From positions 2,686 through 66,685 of the forward strand of contig CAIQTY010000051.1 of NCBI GenBank assembly GCA_903874955.1: a DNA stretch of 64,000 nucleotides. The letters are read 5' to 3'. Below, piece by piece: positions 49,515 through 60,933 of this stretch. Position numbers and translations under genes: made by a program. The notes beneath the pieces were generated by a model. It was given only the letters and a program-made list of their open reading frames with translations, made no database searches and was not told the DNA's origin. This DNA is from an uncultured Alphaproteobacteria bacterium. Its GTDB lineage: Bacteria; Pseudomonadota; Alphaproteobacteria; Paracaedibacterales; CAITNM01. Position 1 is the first letter of the stretch. Each line of letters begins with the position of its first letter.

Positions 49515-50051
49515 TTAATTGAGCCTAGAATGGCAAGGCTTTTCTTTAAAGTTGAACAGTCCTAATCGATAAGGGCTTGATTCAATTTTTTGCCATATTT
49601 CCAGTAAATACGTCAAAGTTTTTCTGATCTGATCAATTGTATGAATGGAAGTTATTTGATCGATTAATACTAGTTTGAAGGCAACTTGTCGCATAGGTAT
49701 GCCTTGGTGATAAATTGGATCTAGAGATTTTAGAATGTACCTCCATATCCCTTCTATTTTTCTACTGCTGAAATGATCGTATATCTTTCCATGTAGCTGG
49801 TCCCAAGTTTGCGATGCTGTGCGAATTCGATTGTGGATACCAAAACTGCGCATAGACAAGCTATACAGTTTTGCGAAGGCTAGTCCTGCATGGAATAGTT
49901 CTTCACTAATGTGTTCTTCGATATAAAGTTGATGCAAAAGACATCCTTCATTTGCGGCATTGATAATAAGTTGAAAGGGATCTTCAAGTTTGTCATTTGT
50001 GAATTTTTTTAAGGTGATGTGGCTAGATTTTTTTTTTGATGGTTTTACCAT
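49515..50051 (-). CDS. hypothetical protein
   Basis: 178-aa ORF that overlaps the upstream HTH gene by 7 bp, suggesting an operon. No family recognised. Confidence 0.5.
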   Translation of the reverse strand: MVKPSKKKSSHITLKKFTNDKLEDPFQLIINAANEGCLLHQLYIEEHISEELFHAGLAFAKLYSLSMRSFGIHNRIRTASQTWDQLHGKIYDHFSSRKIEGIWRYILKSLDPIYHQGIPMRQVAFKLVLIDQITSIHTIDQIRKTLTYLLEIWQKIESSPYRLGLFNFKEKPCHSRLN

Positions 50052-50512
50052 GACAAGTCCTTTACCAAAAACGCGTTCATATTTTTTTCGGTACGAATTT
50101 TATTTGCCGTTAATAAAAGTTGAGCTGCATTAAGAAGTTTTGTACCTACCCTGAATTGACGATCTTTTAAGTCCACATAAGTTGGTGATACTTCATAAAT
50201 ACAGATATTTTCGTTGCTTAAGAATTCGCACAATTGCCAGAAACTAATCCAATTTTCTAGTTCTTTTCTGAGCTCTTTTCGTTCAAATGATGGCGATATT
50301 ATAGGGTTTTCTGCTTGGTATTTTGACCTCATTGATTCCTGAGTTGGGTTTCTTCTAGGTTTTTCAATGCGGATTCTAAAACGACTTAAGGCTTTATTTG
50401 TCGCAGTGGGTGAACGGCCCAGTTGTTTCGCAATATCTTTTATACTAAAGCCACTTAAAAAATACTCTCTGGCTTTTTTTATATCTTCGGCTGTCCATTC
50501 CTGTACGCCCAT
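50045..50512 (-). CDS. GcrA-like N-terminal HTH domain protein
   Basis: WTAEDIKKAREYFLSGFSIKDIAKQLGRSPTATNKALSRFRI resembles the GcrA N-terminus (WTDERVELLKKLW.EGLSASQIAA.LG...RNAVIGKVHRLGL). The remainder is not GcrA-like. Confidence 0.4.
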   Translation of the reverse strand: MGVQEWTAEDIKKAREYFLSGFSIKDIAKQLGRSPTATNKALSRFRIRIEKPRRNPTQESMRSKYQAENPIISPSFERKELRKELENWISFWQLCEFLSNENICIYEVSPTYVDLKDRQFRVGTKLLNAAQLLLTANKIRTEKNMNAFLVKDLSW

Positions 50513-50712
50513 GCACTCTCCTATGCTAAAAAGTTATTTCAGTATTGCAATTATTATATGGATAGTTTGATAGAAACTTACATACTTGGTCAATATATGA
50601 AAATGTCCCATCTAATTTTATTAAAAATATACATATAAAAAACACATTCTCCCTAGCTTAGGAGAATGTTATTAGTTATTTTCTTTTGAAATTATTGGGG
50701 TGACAAAAATGT

Positions 50713-51459
50713 TTACTGTGCTGTTAGTGTGCCTGCAAAAGCCGAGGGTTGATTATTATTGTCACCGGAGCTTTGCCCCATTTGATTTACTTGGTTCATT
50801 GAGTTTGGTTGCTGCAGTTCAGGATCGCCTGCTTTAAAAAATTCCTGATCTTCTTGAGATACTTGAGGTGCTGCAGGTTTTTCCTCTATTACCGCTGCCT
50901 TATTTAATGCATTCCCTACAGCTAATGGGCTAGAGAGTGTTGTCGCTGCATTTTCTGAAGGTGGGGTGGTTTCATCAGTAACATTAGAATCAGCAGCCGA
51001 TTTTGGTGTGCCGGCTGATTCATCTGTATTCTCTGAATTATTTGGTTCCTCTTCTTCTTCCTCTTCCTCTTCCTTTTCCTCTAAATCGCCTTTTTCAGAG
51101 TCTGCGAGCGCTGATTTTTCTTCATTTGGTTTGGCTATTGCTACCGGAGCTGCTAAAGCAGTATTATCAGAATCTTTATTTCCTATAGGTACAGGATCCT
51201 TAGCAACTGCCAGAGCATTATTATTTGCGCTTGGTGCTACTGCGGGTGAATTGACTGGAGTAGTATTGCCAGGATCTGCAGGTGTGGGAGAATTTTTAAG
51301 ATCTGTAGGGGCTGAATTATTTGCGCTTGCTGCAACTGCTGTTACTTGCGAAGCAGCAGGTGCTGGATTTGCTTGAGTTACAGTTATGCCAGAAGTGTTC
51401 GTGCTTGCTGCTGCAACTAACTGAGTCGTCATTAATAATGATAAAAATAAACATTTCAT
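50713..51459 (-). CDS. secreted low-complexity (Ala/Pro/Asn/Ser, poly-Glu) protein
   Basis: Leader MKCLFLSLLMTTQLVAAAS, repetitive A/P/N/S-rich sequence, and an EEKEEEEEEEEEP acidic tract. The opposite-strand ORFs across this region are compositional artefacts. Confidence 0.6.
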   Translation of the reverse strand: MKCLFLSLLMTTQLVAAASTNTSGITVTQANPAPAASQVTAVAASANNSAPTDLKNSPTPADPGNTTPVNSPAVAPSANNNALAVAKDPVPIGNKDSDNTALAAPVAIAKPNEEKSALADSEKGDLEEKEEEEEEEEEPNNSENTDESAGTPKSAADSNVTDETTPPSENAATTLSSPLAVGNALNKAAVIEEKPAAPQVSQEDQEFFKAGDPELQQPNSMNQVNQMGQSSGDNNNQPSAFAGTLTAQ

Positions 51460-51647
51460 TTCTGAAATCTCGAAATAAATACTAAATAAAACTTAGCAAT
51501 TATAAATTAAATTAAAGTTAATTTGGATTTAAAGGTTTAATCAATCTAATTTCATTCTAAAACTATGATTTTATATTTTAATCTTATGTTAATAATTTTT
51601 TTCTATGTTTGAATTGTAAAAGAACAACTAAAGATAATTTTGTCTTC

Positions 51648-51824
51648 ATGATTAAATTTATATTATTAATTTTAACATGCTTTTATGCAACCTCGACGAG
51701 TGCACAAAGATGTAAACCTTATCAGATAAAGGATTCTGAAGGAAAATGTGTCAATAACCCCTGTAACGATCACCACCAGATTAGAAATAAAAGAGGGATT
51801 TGCCATAAACCATCGCGAGCTTAG
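51648..51824 (+). CDS. small secreted 4-Cys peptide (hypothetical)
   Basis: MIKFILLILTCFYATSTSAQ leader followed by RCKPYQIKDSEGKCVNNPCNDHHQIRNKRGICHK. Confidence 0.35.
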   Translation: MIKFILLILTCFYATSTSAQRCKPYQIKDSEGKCVNNPCNDHHQIRNKRGICHKPSRA

Positions 51825-51925
51825 CGCATCAAATAAAAAAATCAACGCCTGATTTTCGGTCGCAGATTTTTTCCAAATGGTTATAGTGAAATCAAGCTTA
51901 ATTTTTTTATTATTTCAAATATTCC

Positions 51926-52981
51926 ATGTTTAAAAATGAATTAGTCCACGAATATTATAAGGCCTTAATTGCTAAAAATAGGGAATATGAAGGGGTGTTT
52001 TTCGTAGGCGTTAAAACAACCGGTGTATTTTGCAGGCCCACATGCCCAGCTCGAAAACCAAAATTTGAAAACTGTGAATTTTTTAAAACGGCCGAAGAAG
52101 CATTGTTCGCTTCATTTAGGCCTTGTTTGCGCTGTAAACCTCTATCATTTCCTAATCATCAATCTGATTTACTAACTGCACTTATCGATGCTGTGGAGGT
52201 CAATCCTGAAAAAAGATGGAAAACGCAGGATTTTAGGTCCCTTTGTGTTGACGAATCTACAGCGCGTCGGCAGTTTAAAAAACGATTTGGTATGACATTT
52301 ATTGAATACGCAAGGGCTAGGCGTATGGGAATTGCTATGAAACAAATCCGATCAGGTGAATCTGTTATTGATGCGCAGCTCTCAATAGGGTATGAATCAA
52401 GCAGTGGATTTAGAGATGCCTTTTCAAAAATTATGGGCGCCGCTCCCGCAAAATCTGCCAAGCATTTAAGCATTTTAAAAGCTTCATGGTTAGACACTAT
52501 TCTTGGGCCAATGCTAGCTGTAGCTGATGATCAATTTTTATATTTATTGGAATTTGTAGATCGTAGAGGTCTAGAACGAGAAATTGAACGACTTAGAATT
52601 AAAACTCAATCAGCGATTATTCCTGGGGTGACAGCACCAATAAACGCAATTGAGCAGGAATTAAAGTCTTATTTTGAAGGAGGACTGAGGTCGTTCCAGA
52701 CTCCTATCAAACTTTTGGGAAGTCCTTTTCAAAAACTTGTATGGCAGGAATTAATCGCTATTCCTTATGGAAAAACCAGAAGCTACGCGGATCAAGCCAA
52801 GGCAATTAAGCATCCAACAGCATTCAGAGCAGTGGCAAACGCCAACGGCGCCAACCAATTAGCCATTGTAATCCCCTGTCATCGCATCATTAACAGTGAT
52901 GGAAAATTAGGTGGTTATGGAGGTGGTATTGCCCGCAAACAATGGCTAATTGACCATGAAAAAAAGCATAACAATGACTGA
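51926..52981 (+). CDS. ada: bifunctional Ada: Zn methylphosphotriester acceptor/AraC-type regulator plus O6-methylguanine-DNA methyltransferase
   Basis: N-terminal Cys4 site (FCRPTCPARKPK...CLRCKP), AraC HTH (IGYESSSGFRDAFSK) and C-terminal MGMT active site IVIPCHRII. Confidence 0.9.
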   Translation: MFKNELVHEYYKALIAKNREYEGVFFVGVKTTGVFCRPTCPARKPKFENCEFFKTAEEALFASFRPCLRCKPLSFPNHQSDLLTALIDAVEVNPEKRWKTQDFRSLCVDESTARRQFKKRFGMTFIEYARARRMGIAMKQIRSGESVIDAQLSIGYESSSGFRDAFSKIMGAAPAKSAKHLSILKASWLDTILGPMLAVADDQFLYLLEFVDRRGLEREIERLRIKTQSAIIPGVTAPINAIEQELKSYFEGGLRSFQTPIKLLGSPFQKLVWQELIAIPYGKTRSYADQAKAIKHPTAFRAVANANGANQLAIVIPCHRIINSDGKLGGYGGGIARKQWLIDHEKKHNND

Positions 52982-53660
52982 AATTAAGCGTATTCAGCAG
53001 CTTTTGAGGCAGTCAGTTACTCAATCCGTTCGACCCCCTACATATTTTTTTAAAACAGGACCAGGAGACTATGCGGAGCATGATCAATTTTTAGGTGTTA
53101 CTACACCTAACCTTCGAAAAATTGCAAAAAAATTTGAGCATCTTAATGTTGAAAATATCCAAATTCTTATGGACTCTCCTTTCAATGAAGAACGCCTCCT
53201 TGCCTTATTTATTTTAATTCAGCAATACCCTAAAGATCCCGATGCTGTTTATCAGTTTTACATGGCTAACCTAAAGAAAGTGAACAATTGGAACTTGGTT
53301 GATGTATCTGCCCACTTGATTCTAGGCAGGTATTTAGCAGGATGTGATAGAGAGTTATTAATTGACCTAGCCAGATCATCAGTTTTGTGGGAACGAAGAA
53401 TCTCTATGGTTTCTACTTGGTATTTTATTAAAAATTCTGATTGTGAATGGACCTTTAAAATCGCCGAACAACTGCTGAAAGATCGGCACGATTTGATCCA
53501 TAAAGCCGTTGGATGGATGCTTCGTGAAGCTGGTAAGAAAAATATGGATCAATTGATAGATTTTCTTGATCAACATGGTCCTAATATGCCACGAACAATG
53601 CTACGTTATGCTATAGAAAAATTTCCTAAGGACGATCGGTTAAGATATTTAAATATCTAG
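52974..53660 (+). CDS. AlkD/AlkC-like HEAT-repeat DNA alkylation repair protein
   Basis: DNA_alkylation-family pattern (GVTTPNLRKIAKK..., WNLVD.SA..ILG, LWERRISMVSTWYFIK, HKAVGWMLREAGK). ATG at 52974 overlaps the ada stop; the tracked alternative start is 52950. Confidence 0.75.
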   Translation: MTEIKRIQQLLRQSVTQSVRPPTYFFKTGPGDYAEHDQFLGVTTPNLRKIAKKFEHLNVENIQILMDSPFNEERLLALFILIQQYPKDPDAVYQFYMANLKKVNNWNLVDVSAHLILGRYLAGCDRELLIDLARSSVLWERRISMVSTWYFIKNSDCEWTFKIAEQLLKDRHDLIHKAVGWMLREAGKKNMDQLIDFLDQHGPNMPRTMLRYAIEKFPKDDRLRYLNI

Positions 53661-53699
53661 TATTTTTATGTTTTTCACTCGTGCTGCATGATTGTTTGA

Positions 53700-53713
53700 T
53701 CAGGGCAACCTCA
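53700..53713. repeat. left terminal inverted repeat (TCAGGGCAACCTCA), preceded by TTGTTTGA
   Basis: Exact reverse complement of 55969-55982. Confidence 0.8.
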
Positions 53714-53775
53714 TTAAAATTTTAGTAAAAAAAGTGTAGAAGCTAGAGGAAGAATATTTTAAGCAAACCCCAATA

Positions 53776-54046
53776 ATGAATGAAAAGTCATCAGGAAGAT
53801 TTTTGGATTTTTTCCAAGATCTTCCGGACCCAAGAATAGATAGAAAGAAACTCTATAGTGTCGATAATATCCTGTTATTAAAGTTAGCCGCAGTTATCTA
53901 TGCGGGAGGACTGGGAAGACATCGAGTTATATGGCAAACAAAAACTAGAATATTTACGAAAATTTTTGCCATATGCAAATGGAACCGCCAGCGATGATAC
54001 TTTGCGAAGATTTTTTCGCAAAATAAATACGCAAGAGTTTCAAAAA
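53776..54046 (+). pseudogene. ISAs1-family (H-repeat) transposase; only an N-terminal ~90-aa fragment remains, with a frameshift near 53903-53910
   Basis: FLDFFQDLPDPRIDRKKLYSVDNILLLKLAAVI (frame 1), then EDWEDIELYGKQKLEYLRKFLPYANGTASDDTLRRFFRKINTQEF (frame 2). This follows the ISAs1 pattern I.DxR....H.L.DILLL.ICAVI.GA.GWEDIE.FG...L.FL......GIP.HDT..RV. The DDE catalytic domain is absent. Confidence 0.8.
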
Positions 54047-54055
54047 ATCAGCAGC

Positions 54056-54147
54056 AACATGATTACATTATTCACTTTTGCTCTTGCAGGTTTTGCAATT
54101 TGGCTTGCCCCAAAACTACACCGCAAGGCCGATACATCAGCAACTCA

Positions 54148-54151
<4 letters not shown>
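54056..54151 (+). pseudogene. 3' stub of an emrB-like (DHA2 MFS) paralogue fused in frame to the transposase fragment
   Basis: NMITLFTFALAGFAIWLAPKLHRKADTSATH* compared with the end of the 917..2470 protein, HIFMVTSVTFAFAASAIWLAPKPQRTADTSAAH*. Confidence 0.7.
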
Positions 54152-55626
<1,475 letters not shown>

Positions 55627-55727
55627 GATATATCCTAAATTTATAATTGATAGGGAACATAACATCATTATATTGCATTTTCAATATAAAAATAGTAACA
55701 AAATGCCAAGTTATTCAATTTTATTAG

Positions 55728-55946
55728 CTAGTGAATATAACCAGCTCTTTCAAGCCCAGCCTTCATGTTTAAGAACCATCCAGCTAACCTGCCTTTTTTA
55801 AGCTGTGCCCCATGGGGTTGGTCACAAAAAATATGGGCTATGCCAGTGGGGCCAGTAATCTTGATTTGGTATTTATGATTATGTTGAGACTTATTTGTAT
55901 TAACAGGTTGTGTAGCATAAGGGGTAATTATTTGAACATGACACAC
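55728..55946 (-). CDS. orphan partial copy of the HicA-like C-terminal module (72-aa ORF, possibly a non-functional remnant)
   Basis: The last 50 aa (NHKYQIKITGPTGIAHIFCDQPHGAQLKKGRLAGWFLNMKAGLERAGYIH) are nearly identical to the C-terminus of the downstream 54148..55626 protein. It lacks the preceding helix (LKNLTSIGAAIE). Confidence 0.4.
   Translation of the reverse strand: MCHVQIITPYATQPVNTNKSQHNHKYQIKITGPTGIAHIFCDQPHGAQLKKGRLAGWFLNMKAGLERAGYIH
55738..55880. repeat. 143-bp direct repeat, copy 2 (3' end of the 72-aa ORF)
   Basis: 139 of 143 nt are identical to 54158-54300. Confidence 0.9.
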
Positions 55947-55968
55947 TTCATTGGAGGTTCTCTTTTAT

Positions 55969-55982
55969 TGAGGTTGCCCTGA
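55969..55982. repeat. right terminal inverted repeat (TGAGGTTGCCCTGA), followed by TTGTTTGA
   Basis: Exact reverse complement of 53700-53713. Confidence 0.8.
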
Positions 55983-56260
55983 TTGTTTGAGCGTGTTCTA
56001 TGGACAGTATAAAAGGTCGTCGTGTATAAATATCAAAAAGTAAATGGGTAATTTTCATAAAAATTTCGCCCTATCAAAACGTTAAAGTTTGTATGTACAT
56101 ATGCTTAAGTCTTTTAAAACTGGGGTTTGTTAACATGCTTGAGCTATTGAGAAAGGTCCAGAAAGAATTTAATGAAATTTATAGAGTATTGTTATTTAGT
56201 TAATTGGATTTATGGTTGCTGATTGAATAAATTAAAATTTAGCGTTTGAAGGTAATATTT

Positions 56261-57595
56261 ATGAGTATTTTTAGGTCTCTTAATCAAAATCAAAAAGAAG
56301 CGATTGGGCTTTTGCAGATAGGAACCTTTTTAGAATATTTTGATCTAATGCTTTACGTGCACATGGCAGTTCTTTTAAATGAGCTGTTCTTTCCAAAAAG
56401 CGATCCCCATACAGAAGCGCTGATGGCAGCTTTTGCATTTTGTTCTACTTATGTGATCAGACCATTTGGTGCCTTGTTGTTTGGGTACATAGGAGATCAT
56501 ATCGGCAGGAAAACAACGGTCATTATCACCACCTTAATGATGGCTGTTTCATGCACAGTTATGGCTAGTCTTCCTACTTATGCCCAAATTGGAATTGCAG
56601 CAACTTGGCTTGTTACAGGTTGTAGGATTGTACAAGGATTGTCATCCATGGGGGAAATTGTAGGGGCTGAGGTATACGTGACTGAAATCACCAATCCTCC
56701 AGTTCGCTATCCGGCAGTTGGTTTTATTGGGGCTGCTTCACAACTCGGTTCGGTTTTTGCTTTGGGAATAGCTTCTCTTGTCACGCACTTTGGATTTAAC
56801 TGGCGGATTGCTTTTGGAATAGGGGCTGGTATTGCAGTTATTGGTTCTGTAGCTCGAACCCGTCTTCGCGAAACACCAGAATTTCTTGAAAAAATTCAAC
56901 AACTCAGAAAAAAATTGGATATTGAAAATGCTCAGGAAAAATCAATTTTTGCTAAGGCTGTCAAAACTCAAAAACTTATAAATCAATTAAAAATGGGGAA
57001 AAAGACATTTTGGTCATACATTGTTGCATCTTTTGGGTGGCCGCTGTCGTTCTATTTGGTGTTCATGTATTTCACGCAACCTCTTAAGTTGTTGTATGGA
57101 TATACTCCGGAAAAAATTATTCTTCACAATTTTATATTATCTATTTTCTCATTATTCTTCTTTATTTTATTCAGTGTGATTAGTTTTAGAATAGATCCTT
57201 TTAAAATAGTGAAGCTCAGAGGCAAGGTATGTTTAGCTTCAATGATATTGTTGCCATTTGCTATAAATATTTGCTCTAGCCCCATTCATATATTTTTATT
57301 GCAAATAGTTTTGCTTGCATCTGGTATGACATTGCTGCCAGCTTATCCCATTTTTCTGAAAAACATTCCCACACTAAAAAGACTGACTACAGCTAGTTTT
57401 ATATACGCATTGAGTAGAGCGGTTATGTATTTAGTAACCTCATTTAGCCTTGTTTTCTTGACTGAAACTTTTGGTTATTACGGGCTTTGGTTAATTACCC
57501 TGCCAATTACTGTTGGATTTATTTGGGCTGTTAATCACTTTGAAAAATTGGAAAATGCAAAAATTGAGGAAAAACTTGACTTGGTTGCTGCATAA
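56261..57595 (+). CDS. MFS transporter, metabolite:H+ symporter (ProP/KgtP-like) family, tandem paralogue 1
   Basis: QKEAIGLLQIGTFLEYFDLMLY, RPFGALLFGYIGDHIGRKTTV (MFS motif A) and RLRETPEF. ATG at 56261. Confidence 0.8.
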   Translation: MSIFRSLNQNQKEAIGLLQIGTFLEYFDLMLYVHMAVLLNELFFPKSDPHTEALMAAFAFCSTYVIRPFGALLFGYIGDHIGRKTTVIITTLMMAVSCTVMASLPTYAQIGIAATWLVTGCRIVQGLSSMGEIVGAEVYVTEITNPPVRYPAVGFIGAASQLGSVFALGIASLVTHFGFNWRIAFGIGAGIAVIGSVARTRLRETPEFLEKIQQLRKKLDIENAQEKSIFAKAVKTQKLINQLKMGKKTFWSYIVASFGWPLSFYLVFMYFTQPLKLLYGYTPEKIILHNFILSIFSLFFFILFSVISFRIDPFKIVKLRGKVCLASMILLPFAINICSSPIHIFLLQIVLLASGMTLLPAYPIFLKNIPTLKRLTTASFIYALSRAVMYLVTSFSLVFLTETFGYYGLWLITLPITVGFIWAVNHFEKLENAKIEEKLDLVAA

Positions 57596-57629
57596 ATTAA
57601 GTTGAAACTTGCCGTTAAGGGGTAGTGTT

Positions 57630-58964
57630 ATGAAAATTTTTGGCTCACTGACACGCAATCAAAAAGAAGCGATTGGGCTTTTACAAATAGGAACCTTTTT
57701 AGAGTATTTCGATCTGATGCTCTATGTACATATGGCTGTCCTGTTAAATGAACTATTTTTCCCAAAAAGCGATCCGCATACACAAGCTTTGGTTGCAGCT
57801 TTTGCATTTTGTTCGACATATCTATTAAGACCCTTTGGTGCTCTATTATTTGGCTACATAGGGGATCATATCGGCCGAAAAACAACTGTAGTGATCACCA
57901 CGATGATGATGGCCATTTCCTGTATGATTATGGCAAGCTTGCCAACTTATGCACAAATAGGCATTACAGCGGCATGGTTTGTAACTTTGTGCCGAATTAT
58001 GCAAGGTCTTTCTTCTATGGGCGAAGTAATAGGTGCGGAAATATATGTAACTGAATTAGTAAAACCGCCAAGCCAATATCCGGCAGTTGCATCAGTAGCA
58101 GTCGCTTCAGTGTTTGGAACAGTTTTTGCCTTGGCTGTTGCATCTTTGGTTACACACTTTGGACTTAATTGGCGTGTTGCTTTTTGGATTGGGGCAGGCG
58201 TGGCTGTAGTAGGCTCTGTGGCTAGAATCCGTCTTCGTGAAACGCCTGAATTTCTCGAGAAGATTAAGTACATACGTGAAAAAATAAAAGTAGACCAGGT
58301 GGATTCTGGAGTTATTTCTAATTTTATTAGAACGCAGAAACTTATAAATAAGGAAAAAATGGACCGAAAAACATTTTGGGCTTATCTTGCAACGACACCA
58401 GGAATGCCTTTGTCATTTTACATAACCTACATATATTTCAATACTACATTGAAAGCAGATTATCATTGCAGTTCAGAAGAAATCATTTTTCATAACTTTC
58501 TATTATCAATTATTTCTCTTGGTATTTTTGTTTTTGTTACAATACTTAGCTATAGTGTTAATCCCTTGAAAATAGTAAAGTACAAAGCAAGTGTGGGGGC
58601 TTTGGTATTACTCGTTTTGCCTTTCGTAATTATTAATTCAAAAACCTACACGACGATTTTTTTATTGCAGAGTTTTTTAGCGCTTACCTCATTATCTTCA
58701 GTTCCGGCTAATTCTATTTTATTTAGGAGTATTCCAACACTAAGACGTTTTACAACAGCTAGCTTTATTTTTGCTGTGAGCAGGGCTTTTATGTTCGTTC
58801 TTACTTCCTTTAGTTTGGTCTTTCTGACTGAGAAATTCGGGTACTATGGACTATGGTTTATTACACTTCCAGTTAGCATTGCTTTTTTGTGGGGAATTCA
58901 TCATTTTCAAAAAATAGATTCAGTGGGGGCTGATAAACAACAGTTTTCTCCTCTTGCGGCTTGA
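57630..58964 (+). CDS. MFS transporter, metabolite:H+ symporter (ProP/KgtP-like) family, tandem paralogue 2
   Basis: Same motifs as paralogue 1; the N-terminal half is highly similar and the C-terminal half more diverged. ATG at 57630 follows an AAGGGG RBS. Confidence 0.8.
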   Translation: MKIFGSLTRNQKEAIGLLQIGTFLEYFDLMLYVHMAVLLNELFFPKSDPHTQALVAAFAFCSTYLLRPFGALLFGYIGDHIGRKTTVVITTMMMAISCMIMASLPTYAQIGITAAWFVTLCRIMQGLSSMGEVIGAEIYVTELVKPPSQYPAVASVAVASVFGTVFALAVASLVTHFGLNWRVAFWIGAGVAVVGSVARIRLRETPEFLEKIKYIREKIKVDQVDSGVISNFIRTQKLINKEKMDRKTFWAYLATTPGMPLSFYITYIYFNTTLKADYHCSSEEIIFHNFLLSIISLGIFVFVTILSYSVNPLKIVKYKASVGALVLLVLPFVIINSKTYTTIFLLQSFLALTSLSSVPANSILFRSIPTLRRFTTASFIFAVSRAFMFVLTSFSLVFLTEKFGYYGLWFITLPVSIAFLWGIHHFQKIDSVGADKQQFSPLAA

Positions 58965-59048
58965 GTCTTGTTTGATATGAACATATGCATTTCTTCAGAA
59001 GTATTTCTTTCGAAGATTAAAAATATTACAGTCAGATGCTAGAGTGCC

Positions 59049-60206
59049 TTGCACATTTTGGATTGGATAGTGGCTAAACGGATTTTTATTATTGCAGGTG
59101 AAGCTTCAGGAGATTTTCTAGGTGGGCAGCTCTTGGCTTCTCTTAAGAATTTGAATCCTAATATTGAAGTTGCAGGAATCGGGGCGCAATATCTAGAAAG
59201 CCAGGGGCTTCTGAGCCTGTTTCCTATGGCGGATCTTTCTCTTTATGGGCTTTTTGAACTGTTACCGCATCTTTTTAATCTGCTTAATCGGATTAAACAA
59301 ACCAAGGAAGCGATCAGCGCATTTAAACCGGATGTTTTGGTAACAATTGATTCTCCTGGCTTTTGCCTTCGGATTGCAAAATATGCGAAGCAGCTTGGTA
59401 TTCCAGTCGTTCATTATGTTGCGCCTTCTGTTTGGGCCTGGCGTCCGGGCCGCGCCAAGAAACTTGCAAAAAAAATAGGCATTGATCATTTATTATGTCT
59501 ACTGCCGTTTGAACCACCTTATTTTACACGCTATGGTTTACCCACAACTTTTGTGGGGCATCCAATAACTGAAGTAATTCTTCCAGATGATACTAGTTTT
59601 CGTGAATCAGTGAGCATTAGCAGAGAGTCAACATTGGTTTGTTTGCTTCCCGGAAGTCGCAAAAGTGAAATTATAAAACTGCTGAACATATTTTTAGATG
59701 CGGTGAGCAGGCTACCGCTGACCAGGCGAATTGAGGTGGTGCTGCCTACCTTGCCGCATTTGGTGCCGCTTATTGAGCCTTTAGTGAAAGAGGCAAGGAT
59801 ACCGATTAAAATTGTTACGTCTATCGAGCAAAAATGGCAAGCCTTTATGCAAAGCAGTATTGCCCTTGCCGCGAGTGGGACTGTGAGTTTAGAACTTGCC
59901 TATGCTGGTGTGCCTCAGGTCATTGCCTATAGAATTTCTTCTTTTTCATATTGCGTTGCCAAATGTTTAGTGAAAACTAGGTATGCAAGTTTGGTCAATA
60001 TTTTGAATGACCAAGAAGTGGTTCCAGAGTATTTGCAACGGGAATGCAGTTCTAACTTATTGAGTCAAAAGCTAGAAAGCATCCTCGCAGATAGCAAATA
60101 TCAAAAACACATGCGTGGGCAATACGCTGCAACGATTGATAAATTGCGCATACCGGTGGTTAAAGCAAGTGATCTAGCGGCATCGGTGGTAAATAGTTAC
60201 CTCTGA
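59049..60206 (+). CDS. lpxB: lipid-A-disaccharide synthase
   Basis: IFIIAGEASGDFLGGQLLASLK, VLVTIDSPGFCLRIAK, LPGSRKSEI and ALAASGTVSLELA. The start may be the GTG at 59070. Confidence 0.9.
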   Translation: MHILDWIVAKRIFIIAGEASGDFLGGQLLASLKNLNPNIEVAGIGAQYLESQGLLSLFPMADLSLYGLFELLPHLFNLLNRIKQTKEAISAFKPDVLVTIDSPGFCLRIAKYAKQLGIPVVHYVAPSVWAWRPGRAKKLAKKIGIDHLLCLLPFEPPYFTRYGLPTTFVGHPITEVILPDDTSFRESVSISRESTLVCLLPGSRKSEIIKLLNIFLDAVSRLPLTRRIEVVLPTLPHLVPLIEPLVKEARIPIKIVTSIEQKWQAFMQSSIALAASGTVSLELAYAGVPQVIAYRISSFSYCVAKCLVKTRYASLVNILNDQEVVPEYLQRECSSNLLSQKLESILADSKYQKHMRGQYAATIDKLRIPVVKASDLAASVVNSYL

Positions 60207-60343
60207 GTTTCTTAATCGTTAAACTTTTCTTGATTTTTCAAAGAAAACCTTCTATACACAATATAGCAGCGTGGCTAGGGCAGATTGCCCGGGCATGCCT
60301 TGGCTGTGGTAAATAGATATTTAATTTTTTAAAGAGAGATAAA

Positions 60344-60541
60344 ATGCCCAAGTTGAAAACAAAAAGTAGCGTTAAAAAGCGCTTTCGCCTTACCGGTACC
60401 GGTAAAGTAAAAATGACTCCTGCGGGAAAACGCCATGGTATGCGTAAACGTTCGAATAAGTTCTTGCGTAATTCCAGAGGTATGAAAGTTTGTGCGTCTA
60501 TGGAAACAAAACGCATTAAAACATATTATTTCCACGTATAA
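60344..60541 (+). CDS. rpmI: 50S ribosomal protein L35
   Basis: [37 protein letters not shown]... Confidence 0.95.
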   Translation: MPKLKTKSSVKKRFRLTGTGKVKMTPAGKRHGMRKRSNKFLRNSRGMKVCASMETKRIKTYYFHV

Positions 60542-60550
60542 GGAGTCACC

Positions 60551-60904
60551 ATGGCACGAGTAAAAAGGGGCGTGACAACACACGCACGTCATAAAAAAGT
60601 TTTAAAGATGGCCAAAGGCTATCGTGGTCGTTCAAGTACTTGCTTTCGTTCTGCCATACAAAGAGTTGAGAAGGCTTTGTTGTATGCATATCGCGACCGT
60701 AGGGTTAAAAAGCGTAATTTCCGCGCCCTTTGGATTCAGCGTATTAATGCAGCTGTTCGTGAATTAGGGTTAACCTATTCAACATTTATGAATATGTTGC
60801 ATAAGAGCAATATTGAAATAGATAGAAAAGTTTTGGCCGATTTGGCAATGAATCAACCGGAGAGCTTTAAGTCTTTAGTTGATAGTGTTAAAAAAGCCGC
60901 CTAA
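60551..60904 (+). CDS. rplT: 50S ribosomal protein L20
   Basis: [29 protein letters not shown]...[23 protein letters not shown]. Confidence 0.97.
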   Translation: MARVKRGVTTHARHKKVLKMAKGYRGRSSTCFRSAIQRVEKALLYAYRDRRVKKRNFRALWIQRINAAVRELGLTYSTFMNMLHKSNIEIDRKVLADLAMNQPESFKSLVDSVKKAA

Positions 60905-60933
60905 ATCTTTTTAGATTTTATTGCTTCGATCAA

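Noticed and set aside
50966-51376. Plus-strand ORFs (136 aa and 61 aa) opposite the low-complexity secreted protein gene.
   Set aside because: They are compositional mirror images of an Ala/Pro/Glu-rich gene. The minus-strand ORF has a proper leader peptide and is longer.
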